A stretch of 64,000 nt of DNA, from positions 64,001 to 128,000 of the forward strand of contig JBEBGD010000001.1 of NCBI GenBank assembly GCA_040081625.1. The letters run 5' to 3'. Source of the stretch: Chthoniobacteraceae bacterium (GTDB lineage: Bacteria; Verrucomicrobiota; Verrucomicrobiia; Chthoniobacterales; Chthoniobacteraceae). Below, piece after piece: positions 47,301-55,770 of the stretch. The notes under the pieces were generated by a model. It was not told where the DNA came from, searched no databases, and saw only the letters and a program-made list of their open reading frames with translations. Numbering within the stretch: the first letter of the stretch is position 1; each line of letters opens with the position of its first letter. A program made the position numbers and the translations under genes.

Positions 47301-48350
47301 GTGCTCAAGGACATCGTCGAGCCGAGTGCGGCGTTGAATCCCGATCATCCGGGCTACAGCGTCGAGTTAAACGACGGCACCGCGTTCGCCGGTGTGATGC
47401 ACGGCGAGAAAGACGGCGTGCTGCGCTTCGCTGACATCACCGGCCCGCGCGAAGTCCCGCGCGCGAAGCTCAAGCACATGGAGGCGCTGCCGGTTTCGCT
47501 AATGCCGCCAGGATTGCTCGCGGCCTTGAGCGCCGACGAACAGCGCGACTTGCTGACGTTTCTGCTCCAGCCGCCCTTCGAGCCTGCGCCGATTGAGCGC
47601 GCGGACCCGCCGCCTCCGCGCAAGCGCGCGGAGATCGAGCCGCTGCTCGCGCCGTCGCCGGACGCTTTACCCTTTCACATCGTGCTCTGCGCAGGGCCGA
47701 AGGATCACGGCCCCGGCGAACACGACTATCCGCTTTGGCAGAGACGATGGGCGCGCCTGCTCGCGATGGCCGATGGCGTGACCGTGAGCACTGCATGGAA
47801 GTGGCCCAGCGACGAGCAGTGGCAGAAGGCGAACGCGATCGTCTTCTACTCGAACAACCCCTCGTGGAACGCGCAGACTGCGCCGCAACTCGACGCCTTC
47901 CTCGCGCGCGGCGGCGGCGTGGCGTTCTTTCATTACGCGGTCGATGGACACAAGGACGTGGGGTTGCTCGCTGGGCGCATCGGTCTCGCGTGGCGCGGGG
48001 GCGGATCGAAGTTCCGGCACGGCGCGCTCGACCTCGCGCTGCACCCGCACGCGCTCAGCGCGGGCCTGCCGGGCGTTAAGTTGATCGACGAAAGTTACTG
48101 GCAGCTCGTTGGCGACGCGGGCGCGATTCAATTGATCGCGAGCGGCACGGAAGAAGGACGCCCGCAGCCGTTGCTCTGGACGAAGGAACAAGGCGGCGGT
48201 CGCATCTTCGTCAGCATCCCCGGCCACTACTCGTGGACGTTCGACGATCCGCTGTTTCGCCTGCTCGCGTTTCGCGGCATTTGCTGGGCAGCCGGTCAGC
48301 CGATGGATCGGCTGGCTCCGCTCGTGATGGTCGGCGCGCGAGTGGACTAA
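44364..48350 (+). CDS. Multidomain secreted protein: LamG-like + PVC-type dehydrogenase propeller + cytochrome c + ThuA-like
   Basis: Signal peptide; W.D.SG...A.Q and FDG.DD (LamG-like); DTDGDG..D, G.RFP.GL; CASCH heme motif with GPDLS and SLMPPGL; KDHGPGEHDYP...GRIF.SIPGH (ThuA-like). Confidence 0.82.
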   Translation: MTSRIAFLLSLFAATQLARAVEPWADAALPVKGGIALWLDTAAQKAGRATLGLPAADSRQTDVWLDGSGHARHARQPVAERRPVMESGALRFDGVDDFLFADGLTKADAATVFIVAAARTNAGQFRALASFHPLGRNDYSRGLNIDLGAAPTSTLDCVNIEGAGARGQRNLLGTRFDFGTWHVFAIRADAADVQLSVDGKREGTRARQPGAMQFDEVLIGARCYSNEGLPPRAQGFFDGHIAEVIAFDRAVSGDEQAKVERYLIAKHAQHATKPIGGTKPLQPVANPPPVQMLVPGFEVKEAPLKLPNINNLRYRPDGKLVALGYDGRIHLLSDTDGDGIEDKAALFWEKDTLRGPIGMALTPPGYTRGQGVFVASNGKLALIVDTNGDDRADEEIVVASGWTELSHRVDALGVAVAADGSIYFGLGAANFTNAYLLDPQGKANYDVRSERGTILKVSPDFSKRDVVCTGIRFPVGLVFNSRGDLFCTDQEGATWLPNGNPFDELLHIEPARHYGFPPRHPQHLTGVIDEPSVFDFAPQHQSACGFFFNEGARTFGPEWWKGDALVCGESRGKLWRVKLAKTRAGYVAQSQLVACLASLPVDAALSPRGDLVVASHSGAPDWGSGPRGEGRLFHVRRADAEAPLPVLAWAASPSEIRVAFDRPLKPEQLRDFSARADATDGRHVFAADRYESLRPGYQVVRDQLAAPRFGVPILGTSLSQDGRTLTIRTAPRTSALNCALTLPAGGEVDIASDLSGLAAEWSGRDGAKWNGWLPHIDTDAAREFTTASAEHDALWRMMAGEGRLTLRGQFDLAQMLRPAVQSGAQLGYNYAPETVSVVFSARASFHATLAGKRIESVPKDGRHEARIEAPKESAWVPFEIESNAAAPEVSAHWFTAEDSRPRAFALRRILVPWACPADSPAVSVTEVERDIPEIRGGNWLRGKALFSGKALCASCHVMHGAGGKAGPDLSNLAHRDYASVLKDIVEPSAALNPDHPGYSVELNDGTAFAGVMHGEKDGVLRFADITGPREVPRAKLKHMEALPVSLMPPGLLAALSADEQRDLLTFLLQPPFEPAPIERADPPPPRKRAEIEPLLAPSPDALPFHIVLCAGPKDHGPGEHDYPLWQRRWARLLAMADGVTVSTAWKWPSDEQWQKANAIVFYSNNPSWNAQTAPQLDAFLARGGGVAFFHYAVDGHKDVGLLAGRIGLAWRGGGSKFRHGALDLALHPHALSAGLPGVKLIDESYWQLVGDAGAIQLIASGTEEGRPQPLLWTKEQGGGRIFVSIPGHYSWTFDDPLFRLLAFRGICWAAGQPMDRLAPLVMVGARVD

Positions 48351-49660
48351 ATCAGCTCGTAAAGCCCCGGCACCGCGACGGGCGCGACCGGCAGCTTCAT
48401 GTCCCACGTGAGATCTTTCGGGAAGAGATCCTCCTTCGAGGTCATGGCCTGCTCCCATGTCACTTCCTTGCCGGAGTAAGCGGCCATGCGCGCCATGATC
48501 GCCATGAGCGTCGTCTTGGTGAAACGATCGCTCGTGTTGATCGGCTGGCCCGAGCGGATGGACGCATACATCTCGTCGTGCTCGGTTTGGTAGCCATTGT
48601 CCGGGAAGCCCTCGGGCGCCTTGTAACGCCACGGGGTGTCGCTCTTGACGATGACGTGTTTCTTGCTGCCGCTCTCGCCTTGATACACGCCCTTGGAGCC
48701 GACGATCTCGTCGGTGTTCGCGTTGTAGCAGCGGCCGATCTGGCGGGTGAAGTGGTAGCCTTTCACGCCGTTCTCCCACGTGAACTCCGCGCCGAAGTGG
48801 TCGTAGATGTTGCCGTATTCACCGCCCGGTTCGCCGGGCCGCGCCTGCCGTCCGCCGACGCACACGCACGAGACCGGCGGCTCGTCTTTCATCGCCCAGA
48901 GCATCTTGTCGATGCTGTGCACGGCTTGCTCGACGATGTGATCGCCGCCGAGCCAGGTGAAGTAATACCAGCGCCGGATCTGCCACTCGAGATCGGTCTT
49001 CGTGTTCGTGCGATTCCACTTCGGATATCGATCGACCGAGCCCGTGTAGTAGCTCGAGTAGATCGTGCGGATGTCGCCGATCGCGCCGTTGTGAATCTTC
49101 TCGTAAGCCTCGCGATTTGCCTTCGTCCAGCGCCACACGAAGCCATCGACCAGCGCGAGGTTCTTCGCCTTCGCCATCTTCGCGCTCTCGATCACCGAGC
49201 GCACGCCGGCGGCATCGACCGCCATCGGCTTCTCGGCAAAGACATGCTTGCCCGCCTCGACCGCGGCGCGGATGTGCTGCGGGCGGAAGCCGGGCGACGT
49301 GGTGAGAATAACGACGTCTACGCCGCTATCGATGACCTTCTTGTAAGCATCGATGCCGGTGAACTTGCGTTTGTCGTTCACATTCAGTTTGTCCGGCTTG
49401 TCCTTGAACGTGGCATTCAAGCCTTCGAGAGCGGTGTCGATTTTGTCGCCGAAGACATCGCCCATCGCCCACAGTTCGATGTTGCTGTCGCCTTGCAGCG
49501 CCTGCGCCGCCGCGCCCGTGCCGCGCCCGCCGCAGCCGATGAAGCCGACCTTGATCTTGTCCTTCGTGAGGTCAGCGGCGGGCGTGAGCGTCGGCAAGCC
49601 GACGGCTGCTGCTGCTGCGGTGGTTTTGAGGAAGTCGCGACGGGATGGAGTGGGAGTCAT
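48347..49660 (-). CDS. Tat-exported Gfo/Idh/MocA family oxidoreductase
   Basis: SRRDFLK, IGCGGRGTGAA, EKPMA, GDHIVEQ.VH. Confidence 0.9.
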   Translation of the reverse strand: MTPTPSRRDFLKTTAAAAAVGLPTLTPAADLTKDKIKVGFIGCGGRGTGAAAQALQGDSNIELWAMGDVFGDKIDTALEGLNATFKDKPDKLNVNDKRKFTGIDAYKKVIDSGVDVVILTTSPGFRPQHIRAAVEAGKHVFAEKPMAVDAAGVRSVIESAKMAKAKNLALVDGFVWRWTKANREAYEKIHNGAIGDIRTIYSSYYTGSVDRYPKWNRTNTKTDLEWQIRRWYYFTWLGGDHIVEQAVHSIDKMLWAMKDEPPVSCVCVGGRQARPGEPGGEYGNIYDHFGAEFTWENGVKGYHFTRQIGRCYNANTDEIVGSKGVYQGESGSKKHVIVKSDTPWRYKAPEGFPDNGYQTEHDEMYASIRSGQPINTSDRFTKTTLMAIMARMAAYSGKEVTWEQAMTSKEDLFPKDLTWDMKLPVAPVAVPGLYELI

Positions 49661-49817
49661 GATGGGTGAGAGGTTGCCGTGGCTGACAGTAAGCCGCGGG
49701 TCCCGAGATTCTTTGAACGCGGGCCTGTCCGGCGAGAGAAAAATCGTCCCCAGCGTCAGCCGCACGCGGCATCAAAGCTTCCGGCCCGCCGCCGATTGCA
49801 GTAAGCACACCAACGCC

Positions 49818-52376
49818 ATGCCCCTACGCCGCACATGGATCGTGGGAATTCTCAGCTTCGTCCTGCACGCGCGGGGCGAAGATGCGGTCGATTACCTGCG
49901 CGACGTGAAGCCGATCTTCGCTGCGCGCTGCTACGCGTGCCACGGCGCGCTCAAACAAAAAGCCGGCCTGCGGCTCGACACCGGCGAGTTCATCCGACGT
50001 GGCGCGAAGGACGGACCGATCATCGAGAGCGAGCTGATGCGCCGCATCACCTCGAGCGACACGGACGAGCGCATGCCGGTCGAAGGCGAGCCGCTCAAGC
50101 CGGAGCAGATTCGCATGATCGAAGCGTGGCTGCGAACGGGCGCGCAATCGCCGGCGGGTGAAAAGCCCGAGCCCGACCCGCGCGAGCATTGGGCGTTCAA
50201 GCCGCCGGTGAGGGCGGAGATTTCGGGCTTCGGGTCTCGAGTCTCGGGATCGACCAACCCGAAACCCAACCCCATCGACTCGTTAATCGATGGCGACCTC
50301 ACGCCGCAACCGCTCGCGGACAAGCCCGCGCTGCTGCGCCGCGTGTCTCTCGACCTCATCGGCCTGCCACCGACACGCGATGAGTTGCGCGCGTTTCTCG
50401 CCGACGATGCGCCCGACGCCTACGACCGCGCAGTGGACCGCCTCCTGCACGACCCTCGCCACGGCGAGCGCTGGGCGCGGCATTGGATGGATGTGTGGCG
50501 CTACAGCGACTGGTATGGCCGCCGGCTCGTGCCCGATGTCTGGAACTCCGCGCCTCAAGTCTGGCGCTGGCGCGACTGGATCGTGCGTTCGCTCAACGCC
50601 GGCAAAGGCTACGATCGCATGGTCACGGAGATGCTCGCCGCGGACGAGATCGCGCCCGGCGACGACGAGTCGCGCGTGGCGACCGGCTACCTCGTTCGCA
50701 ATTGGTATGCGCTGAATCCGAACCAGTGGATGCGCGACAATGTCGAGCACACCGCGAAGGCATTCCTCGGCCTCACCTTCAACTGCGCGCACTGCCACGA
50801 TCACAAATACGATCCGATCACGCAGCAGGATTACTTTCACCTCCGCGCGTTCTTCGAGCCCATCTACGTGCGGCAGGATCGCGTGCCCGGCGAAGCGGAC
50901 CCCGGCGCATATCAGGACTACGACTACAGCAAGTTGCGGAAGATCGTGCGCACCGGAATGGTGAGCGTCTTCGACAAGGACGCCGCGGCGAAGACGTGGT
51001 TCTACACCGGCGGCGACGAGCGCAACCGCCAGACCGATCGTCCGCCCGCGCAACCGGCGCCGCCGGCGTTTCTCGGCGGCGAAGTGCGCGTCGAGCCGGT
51101 CAAGCTGCCGCTCAGCGTTTCATTCCCCGGCGCGAAACCGTTCGCGCGCGAAGACGAGACTCGCGCCGCGGAAAAGGCGATCGCCAATGCGCGCGCGCAG
51201 TTGAAGACGGCGGAGGTCGCGCTTGCGGCGGCAAATGAGAAGTTCTCAGTGACGCTCGATGAATCCGCCGCGCAGGACGCGGAGCTGGCGATGCGTCTCG
51301 CGCAAGCGGCGCTCGTCGCGGCGCGGGCGAAGCGCGACTCGCTCAAGGCGCGCGTCGCCGCGGACGACGTGAAGTTTCTCGGCAAGCCGGGTGATCTCGC
51401 GGCGGTGGCGAAGACCGCGGGCGAGTCGGAGCGCGCGCTCGCGCTGGCCGTCGCGAAGGTTGCGGCGATCGAGGCGGAGCGGGCGGTCCGCGCCGCGAAG
51501 CCCGATGAGAAGAAAAAGGCGGACGCAGAGCTCGCCAACGCGACGAAGGCGCTCGCAAAGGCGGAGGACGACGCAAAGAAACCTGCCACGGATTACACCC
51601 CGCTCAGCCCGACGTATCCGCACGAGAGCACAGGCCGCCGGCTCGCGCTGGCGCGGTGGATTGCGAGTCGCAAAAACCCGCTCACCGCGCGCGTGGCGGT
51701 GAATCACATCTGGATGCGCCACTTCCACACGCCGCTGGTCGCGAGCGTGTATGACTTCGGCCGCAACGGCTCGCCGCCGACACACCCGGAACTGCTCGAC
51801 TGGCTCGCCGTCGAGTTCATGGAGAACGGCTGGAGCATGAAGCATCTGCACCGCTTGATCGTGACGAGCGCCGCGTATCAGCGCGCATCGATGAGCCCCG
51901 GCCGGATGGAGGCCGAAGTCGTGCGCGACAGCATGCTGCACCTCGCTGGCAAACTCGATGCGCGCATGGGCGGGCAGGAACTCGAAACCGCAGCCATGCC
52001 CGGTTCGAATCGCCGCAGTCTTTACTTCGCGTGCTACCCCGAGGGCGGCGGATCTGGCGAGTTCACCGGGGTGTTCGACGCGCCCGATCCGAACGACTGC
52101 TACCGCCGCACGCAAAGCATCGTGCCGCAGCAGGCGCTCGCGCTCACCAACAGCAAGTTCGTCCACGATTGCAGCGAAGCGATCGCACGACGGCTCACGG
52201 GTGAAGGCGCGGAGTTCATCACCGTGGCGTTTGAGCACCTCCTCACGCGTCCGCCGAAACGCGAGGAGACCGACGCGTGCCTGGCCTTCCTCACCAAACA
52301 ACCCGACCCCGGCCGCGCCCGCGAGTCGCTGATCCGCGCGCTGTTCAACCACCACGAGTTCGTAACCGTCCGATGA
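49818..52376 (+). CDS. Planctomycete cytochrome c + DUF1549 + DUF1553 protein
   Basis: CYACHG, GERWARHWMD..RY, CAHCHDHKYDP, NPLTARV.VN, P.HPELLDWLA, PQQAL.L.N. Confidence 0.92.
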   Translation: MPLRRTWIVGILSFVLHARGEDAVDYLRDVKPIFAARCYACHGALKQKAGLRLDTGEFIRRGAKDGPIIESELMRRITSSDTDERMPVEGEPLKPEQIRMIEAWLRTGAQSPAGEKPEPDPREHWAFKPPVRAEISGFGSRVSGSTNPKPNPIDSLIDGDLTPQPLADKPALLRRVSLDLIGLPPTRDELRAFLADDAPDAYDRAVDRLLHDPRHGERWARHWMDVWRYSDWYGRRLVPDVWNSAPQVWRWRDWIVRSLNAGKGYDRMVTEMLAADEIAPGDDESRVATGYLVRNWYALNPNQWMRDNVEHTAKAFLGLTFNCAHCHDHKYDPITQQDYFHLRAFFEPIYVRQDRVPGEADPGAYQDYDYSKLRKIVRTGMVSVFDKDAAAKTWFYTGGDERNRQTDRPPAQPAPPAFLGGEVRVEPVKLPLSVSFPGAKPFAREDETRAAEKAIANARAQLKTAEVALAAANEKFSVTLDESAAQDAELAMRLAQAALVAARAKRDSLKARVAADDVKFLGKPGDLAAVAKTAGESERALALAVAKVAAIEAERAVRAAKPDEKKKADAELANATKALAKAEDDAKKPATDYTPLSPTYPHESTGRRLALARWIASRKNPLTARVAVNHIWMRHFHTPLVASVYDFGRNGSPPTHPELLDWLAVEFMENGWSMKHLHRLIVTSAAYQRASMSPGRMEAEVVRDSMLHLAGKLDARMGGQELETAAMPGSNRRSLYFACYPEGGGSGEFTGVFDAPDPNDCYRRTQSIVPQQALALTNSKFVHDCSEAIARRLTGEGAEFITVAFEHLLTRPPKREETDACLAFLTKQPDPGRARESLIRALFNHHEFVTVR
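50221..50264. repeat. Four tandem degenerate 7-mers plus one inverted copy inside a CDS
   Basis: tttcggg cttcggg tctcgag tctcggg (50221-50248) and cccgaaa (50258-50264). Confidence 0.65.
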
Positions 52377-53815
52377 AACCACGCCGACAATTCCTCGCCG
52401 ATCTCGGCATGGGCTTCACCGGGCTTTCGCTCGGCTCGATGCTCTTCCGCGACGGCGTCGCGCGCGCGGCTGCGCCCGACGGTCAACCGCAATTCGCGCC
52501 GCGGGCGAAGTCGGTCATCTGGATATTTCTCTCCGGCGGTTACAGCCACATCGAGACGTTCGACCCAAAGCCGGCGCTGACGAAATACGGCGGCATGACG
52601 TTCGACAAAACGCCATTCGAGAACCCGCTTAACTCGCCCAAGCATCACGCGCGGTTCCGCTCCGTGGCGGCGGAGGAAGTCAACGTGCGCAACGTGTATC
52701 CAACCATCTACCCGATGCAGGTCGGCTTCGCGAAGCGCGGGCAGTGCGGCGTCGAGATCACCGACTGGTGGCCGCACCTCGCGGGGTGCGTGGATGACAT
52801 CGCATTCGTCCGCAACATGTGGACGACCGACAACGATCACTTCGCCGAGAACCAGATCCACACGGGCCGCCACCGACTCGACGAGCAGCAGCCGAGCCTC
52901 GGCGCGTGGGTCCACTACGGCCTCGGCACGATGAACGAGAACCTGCCGAAGTTCGTCGTGCTCGGCGGGCCGACGCGCTCCGATACGCGGCTCTCGCTCG
53001 ACTCGCTCTACCTCGGCCCGCAGCACGCGGGTGTGCCGCTGGCGATCGATCCGAAAAGCCCGCTGCCTTTCGGTGTGCGCGACGCGCGGCAATCGGAGGC
53101 CGGGCAGCGCGACGAATACGAACTCATCGGCCGGCTCAATCAACTCGCCGCGGTAGAGTATCCCGCCGATGCCGACTTGCGGGCGCGCATTCGCAGCTAC
53201 GAACTCGCGTTTCGGATGCAGGCGTCCGTGCCTGAGGCACTCGACTTCAAGCCGGAGAGCGAAGATGTGCAGAAGCTCTACGGCCTCGACAACGACGCGA
53301 CGCGCGTGGCTGGCCAGCGGCTGCTCGCGTCGCGCCGACTGATCGAGCGTGGCGTGAGATTCGTGCAGGTTTATCCAAGCGCTTACGGCACGTGGGACTC
53401 GCACCAGAAATTGCAGGAGAAGCACGCGCAGATGTGCGCCGGCGTGGACAAACCGGTCGCCGGACTTCTGCACGATCTCAAGCAACGCGGCCTGCTCGAG
53501 GAAACGGTCGTGGTCTTCTGCACCGAGTTCGGCCGCACGCCCGGACTCGAGCTGCGCAACGGCGGCAAGGACGGACGCGATCATCATCCGCACGGCTTCA
53601 CGGTTTGGTTTGCGGGCGCGGGGATCAAGCCGGGCATCGTCCACGGCGAGACCGATGAACTCGGCTACCACGCGCTCGGCGACGGTCACTACGTCACCGA
53701 TATGCACGCGACCGTGCTGCGCCTGCTCGGCCTCGACGGACGCCGGCTCGAAATCCCGGGTCGCAAGCGGCTCGATGTCGATCACGGCCGGTCGATCGAC
53801 GCGATTCTCGCGTAG
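52373..53815 (+). CDS. DUF1501 family protein
   Basis: RRQFL Tat-like signal, AKSVIW.FL.GG.SH.ETFDPKP, ARIRSYELAFRMQ, WDSH, TEFGRTP, GRDHHP. Canonical partner of DUF1553. Confidence 0.93.
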   Translation: MKPRRQFLADLGMGFTGLSLGSMLFRDGVARAAAPDGQPQFAPRAKSVIWIFLSGGYSHIETFDPKPALTKYGGMTFDKTPFENPLNSPKHHARFRSVAAEEVNVRNVYPTIYPMQVGFAKRGQCGVEITDWWPHLAGCVDDIAFVRNMWTTDNDHFAENQIHTGRHRLDEQQPSLGAWVHYGLGTMNENLPKFVVLGGPTRSDTRLSLDSLYLGPQHAGVPLAIDPKSPLPFGVRDARQSEAGQRDEYELIGRLNQLAAVEYPADADLRARIRSYELAFRMQASVPEALDFKPESEDVQKLYGLDNDATRVAGQRLLASRRLIERGVRFVQVYPSAYGTWDSHQKLQEKHAQMCAGVDKPVAGLLHDLKQRGLLEETVVVFCTEFGRTPGLELRNGGKDGRDHHPHGFTVWFAGAGIKPGIVHGETDELGYHALGDGHYVTDMHATVLRLLGLDGRRLEIPGRKRLDVDHGRSIDAILA

Positions 53816-53817
53816 GC

Positions 53818-54222
53818 TTACAGGCCGTTGTTGGCTTTCTGCGTCTGCTCGCGCATCCGGCAGACCGGGCAATTGTCGCCGGGCTGCGTGTGAAGGAGTT
53901 GGTTGATGCCCGCAGGCACACCGTCGGGAACGTCGAGTCCGAAGACACGCATCGCTTGCGCGCGCACTTCCGAGGTCCGCAGCGTGCGCTGCCGGAACTC
54001 ACCGTCCTGCGCGAGCTTCAGCATCCGGTCCGGCGCCTGCGCGTGCGCTTCGGTGAGCGCATCGAGCAAAGCCCCGAGGTCCGCCGCTGCCGGCTCCCGC
54101 CCGAGCGTGGCGCGCCATTCGGCGAAGGTGAAGTCCTCGCGCAGCAGCCGCGCGGCGAGCGTCTCGGGAACTGGTGGACGGCACGCGGCGAGCAGGAGCG
54201 CGATGAAGAACAAGCGCTTCAT
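53818..54222 (-). CDS. Hypothetical lipoprotein with C-terminal CPVC motif
   Basis: MKRLFFIALLLAAC lipobox; ATGA overlap with the upstream gene. Confidence 0.65.
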   Translation of the reverse strand: MKRLFFIALLLAACRPPVPETLAARLLREDFTFAEWRATLGREPAAADLGALLDALTEAHAQAPDRMLKLAQDGEFRQRTLRTSEVRAQAMRVFGLDVPDGVPAGINQLLHTQPGDNCPVCRMREQTQKANNGL

Positions 54223-54638
54223 GCGCGCCGCCGTTCGAGCCACGCCAGCCACACGACCGCGGCGAGCATTGCGCCGTTGAGCGCGAGGTGACGCGGAAAA
54301 TCCGTCTGGTTCACCGCGCGGCCAAAACAGCCACACGTGAGATCGATCCCGCGCCACCACGCGCTCGCGATGGCGCCGATAAAGACGACCGTCATCACGC
54401 CGCTGAGCGCGACCGCGCCGCGATAGAACGTGCGCGCGATCAGGGCGAAGCCGGTCACGATTTCCAGCCACGGGAGGAAGACGGCGAGGATCATGGAAAC
54501 ATCCCACCGCGTGAGATTGAACGCATGCACGTCGCGAAAGAACTGCTCGATGTCCGCGACTTTCACGATGCCCGCGTAGGCCAGAAGTCCGCCGAGGAGG
54601 AGCCGCAATGTCAGCTCGAAGATGCGCGCCGGGTTCAT
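54219..54638 (-). CDS. MauE/DoxX family redox-associated membrane protein
   Basis: LP.LE...G, RGIDL.CGCFG, four TM helices. Confidence 0.88.
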   Translation of the reverse strand: MNPARIFELTLRLLLGGLLAYAGIVKVADIEQFFRDVHAFNLTRWDVSMILAVFLPWLEIVTGFALIARTFYRGAVALSGVMTVVFIGAIASAWWRGIDLTCGCFGRAVNQTDFPRHLALNGAMLAAVVWLAWLERRRA

Positions 54639-55048
54639 CGTCCCTCCCACGCGTCGAGGCCATCGTGCAGGACCCATACCTCGGGGATCTTCAGTTCCTC
54701 GCGCAGTCGCAGCGCGACTGTCGGTGCCGCGTCGTCGCCGCGCTCGCCATAAACAATCACGCGCATCTCGGGATCCCACGCGTCGAGAAAACGCGCGACC
54801 TGCGCGTCCCACGTCTCCGCGTTGAGCGACAGCGCGCCGGGGATGTGCTTGCGCTCGAATTTCGGTGCAGGGCGCGCATCGACCCAGATCGCCTTGTCGC
54901 CCCACGCTTGCGCATCGCCGAGCATCACCTCGCCGCTCGCGAGCGGGGTCTGCGGGCGTAGCTTCAGCTCGCGATACCCGGTGATGGCCGCCGGCGCTGC
55001 GGCCAGCGCGCAGAGCAGCAGGACTTCGCGAACGATGCGCCCGATCAC
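54635..55048 (-). CDS. Membrane-anchored rhodanese-like domain protein
   Basis: WVDAR...F...HIPGA and V.VL..G..AW. The active-site position reads VYG rather than VYC. Confidence 0.82.
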   Translation of the reverse strand: MIGRIVREVLLLCALAAAPAAITGYRELKLRPQTPLASGEVMLGDAQAWGDKAIWVDARPAPKFERKHIPGALSLNAETWDAQVARFLDAWDPEMRVIVYGERGDDAAPTVALRLREELKIPEVWVLHDGLDAWEGR

Positions 55049-55689
55049 TTGATCCGCGCGAAGATGCGGTAGCTGCGCGGCGCGTCGGCGGGAAAATCCG
55101 TCGTGACTGTCAGCTCCGCGGCAAGCTTCGCCGACGTGCTCGCCGGCTTGATCTGCACGAGGTATTCCCCGCCCGCCTTCACCGTCTGCACGGTCGCCGT
55201 CACGCGCGGGTCGGAGGAAGTCACGCTTTTAACGCCGACCTTCGTCCCATCCGCGGGCGTCGTGAGCTTCACCATTTTCGCGTCAGCCGCGTCACCGACC
55301 CGCCAATAGACCAGCGCGGGCGCCAGCGTGAGCGGTTCATGGATGAACACGCGCAAGTCGAGCACCCACTCGCGCTTGTCGTCGCTCGTGACACTGATCC
55401 CCTTGCGCTGAGGGCCGCGGCGGAAGCCGAACGTGAACTTCACCTCGATTTCACCGCTTTCGCCCGGCGCGAAAGAATTCTTTGCGAGCTTGGCGCTCGT
55501 GCAACCGCATGACGAGGTCACCCGCTTGATCTTGATCGTCCCGGGCCCGGTGTTTTTGAAGGCGAACTTCGTCGCGAGATGTCCGTCGTCGGGCACGCGA
55601 TGGAATTCCTGCACGGGCTTCTCCCAAACGAGATCGGCGCGGGCGCAGGTGGCAGCAGCGAGGAAGGCAAGCAACGATCGGATGATCAT
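55045..55689 (-). CDS. DUF1573 domain-containing secreted protein (Ig-like)
   Basis: F.F.N.G...I.I..V.SSCGCT......PGE.GEI.V.F. Confidence 0.88.
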   Translation of the reverse strand: MIIRSLLAFLAAATCARADLVWEKPVQEFHRVPDDGHLATKFAFKNTGPGTIKIKRVTSSCGCTSAKLAKNSFAPGESGEIEVKFTFGFRRGPQRKGISVTSDDKREWVLDLRVFIHEPLTLAPALVYWRVGDAADAKMVKLTTPADGTKVGVKSVTSSDPRVTATVQTVKAGGEYLVQIKPASTSAKLAAELTVTTDFPADAPRSYRIFARIK

Positions 55690-55770
55690 GCGGCACCCGT
55701 AGCGGATGGAATGTGCCTTGCCAAGCGATGCGCTGTCGCGGTCCCGCGACGATGAGGCGCCACGACCGGC

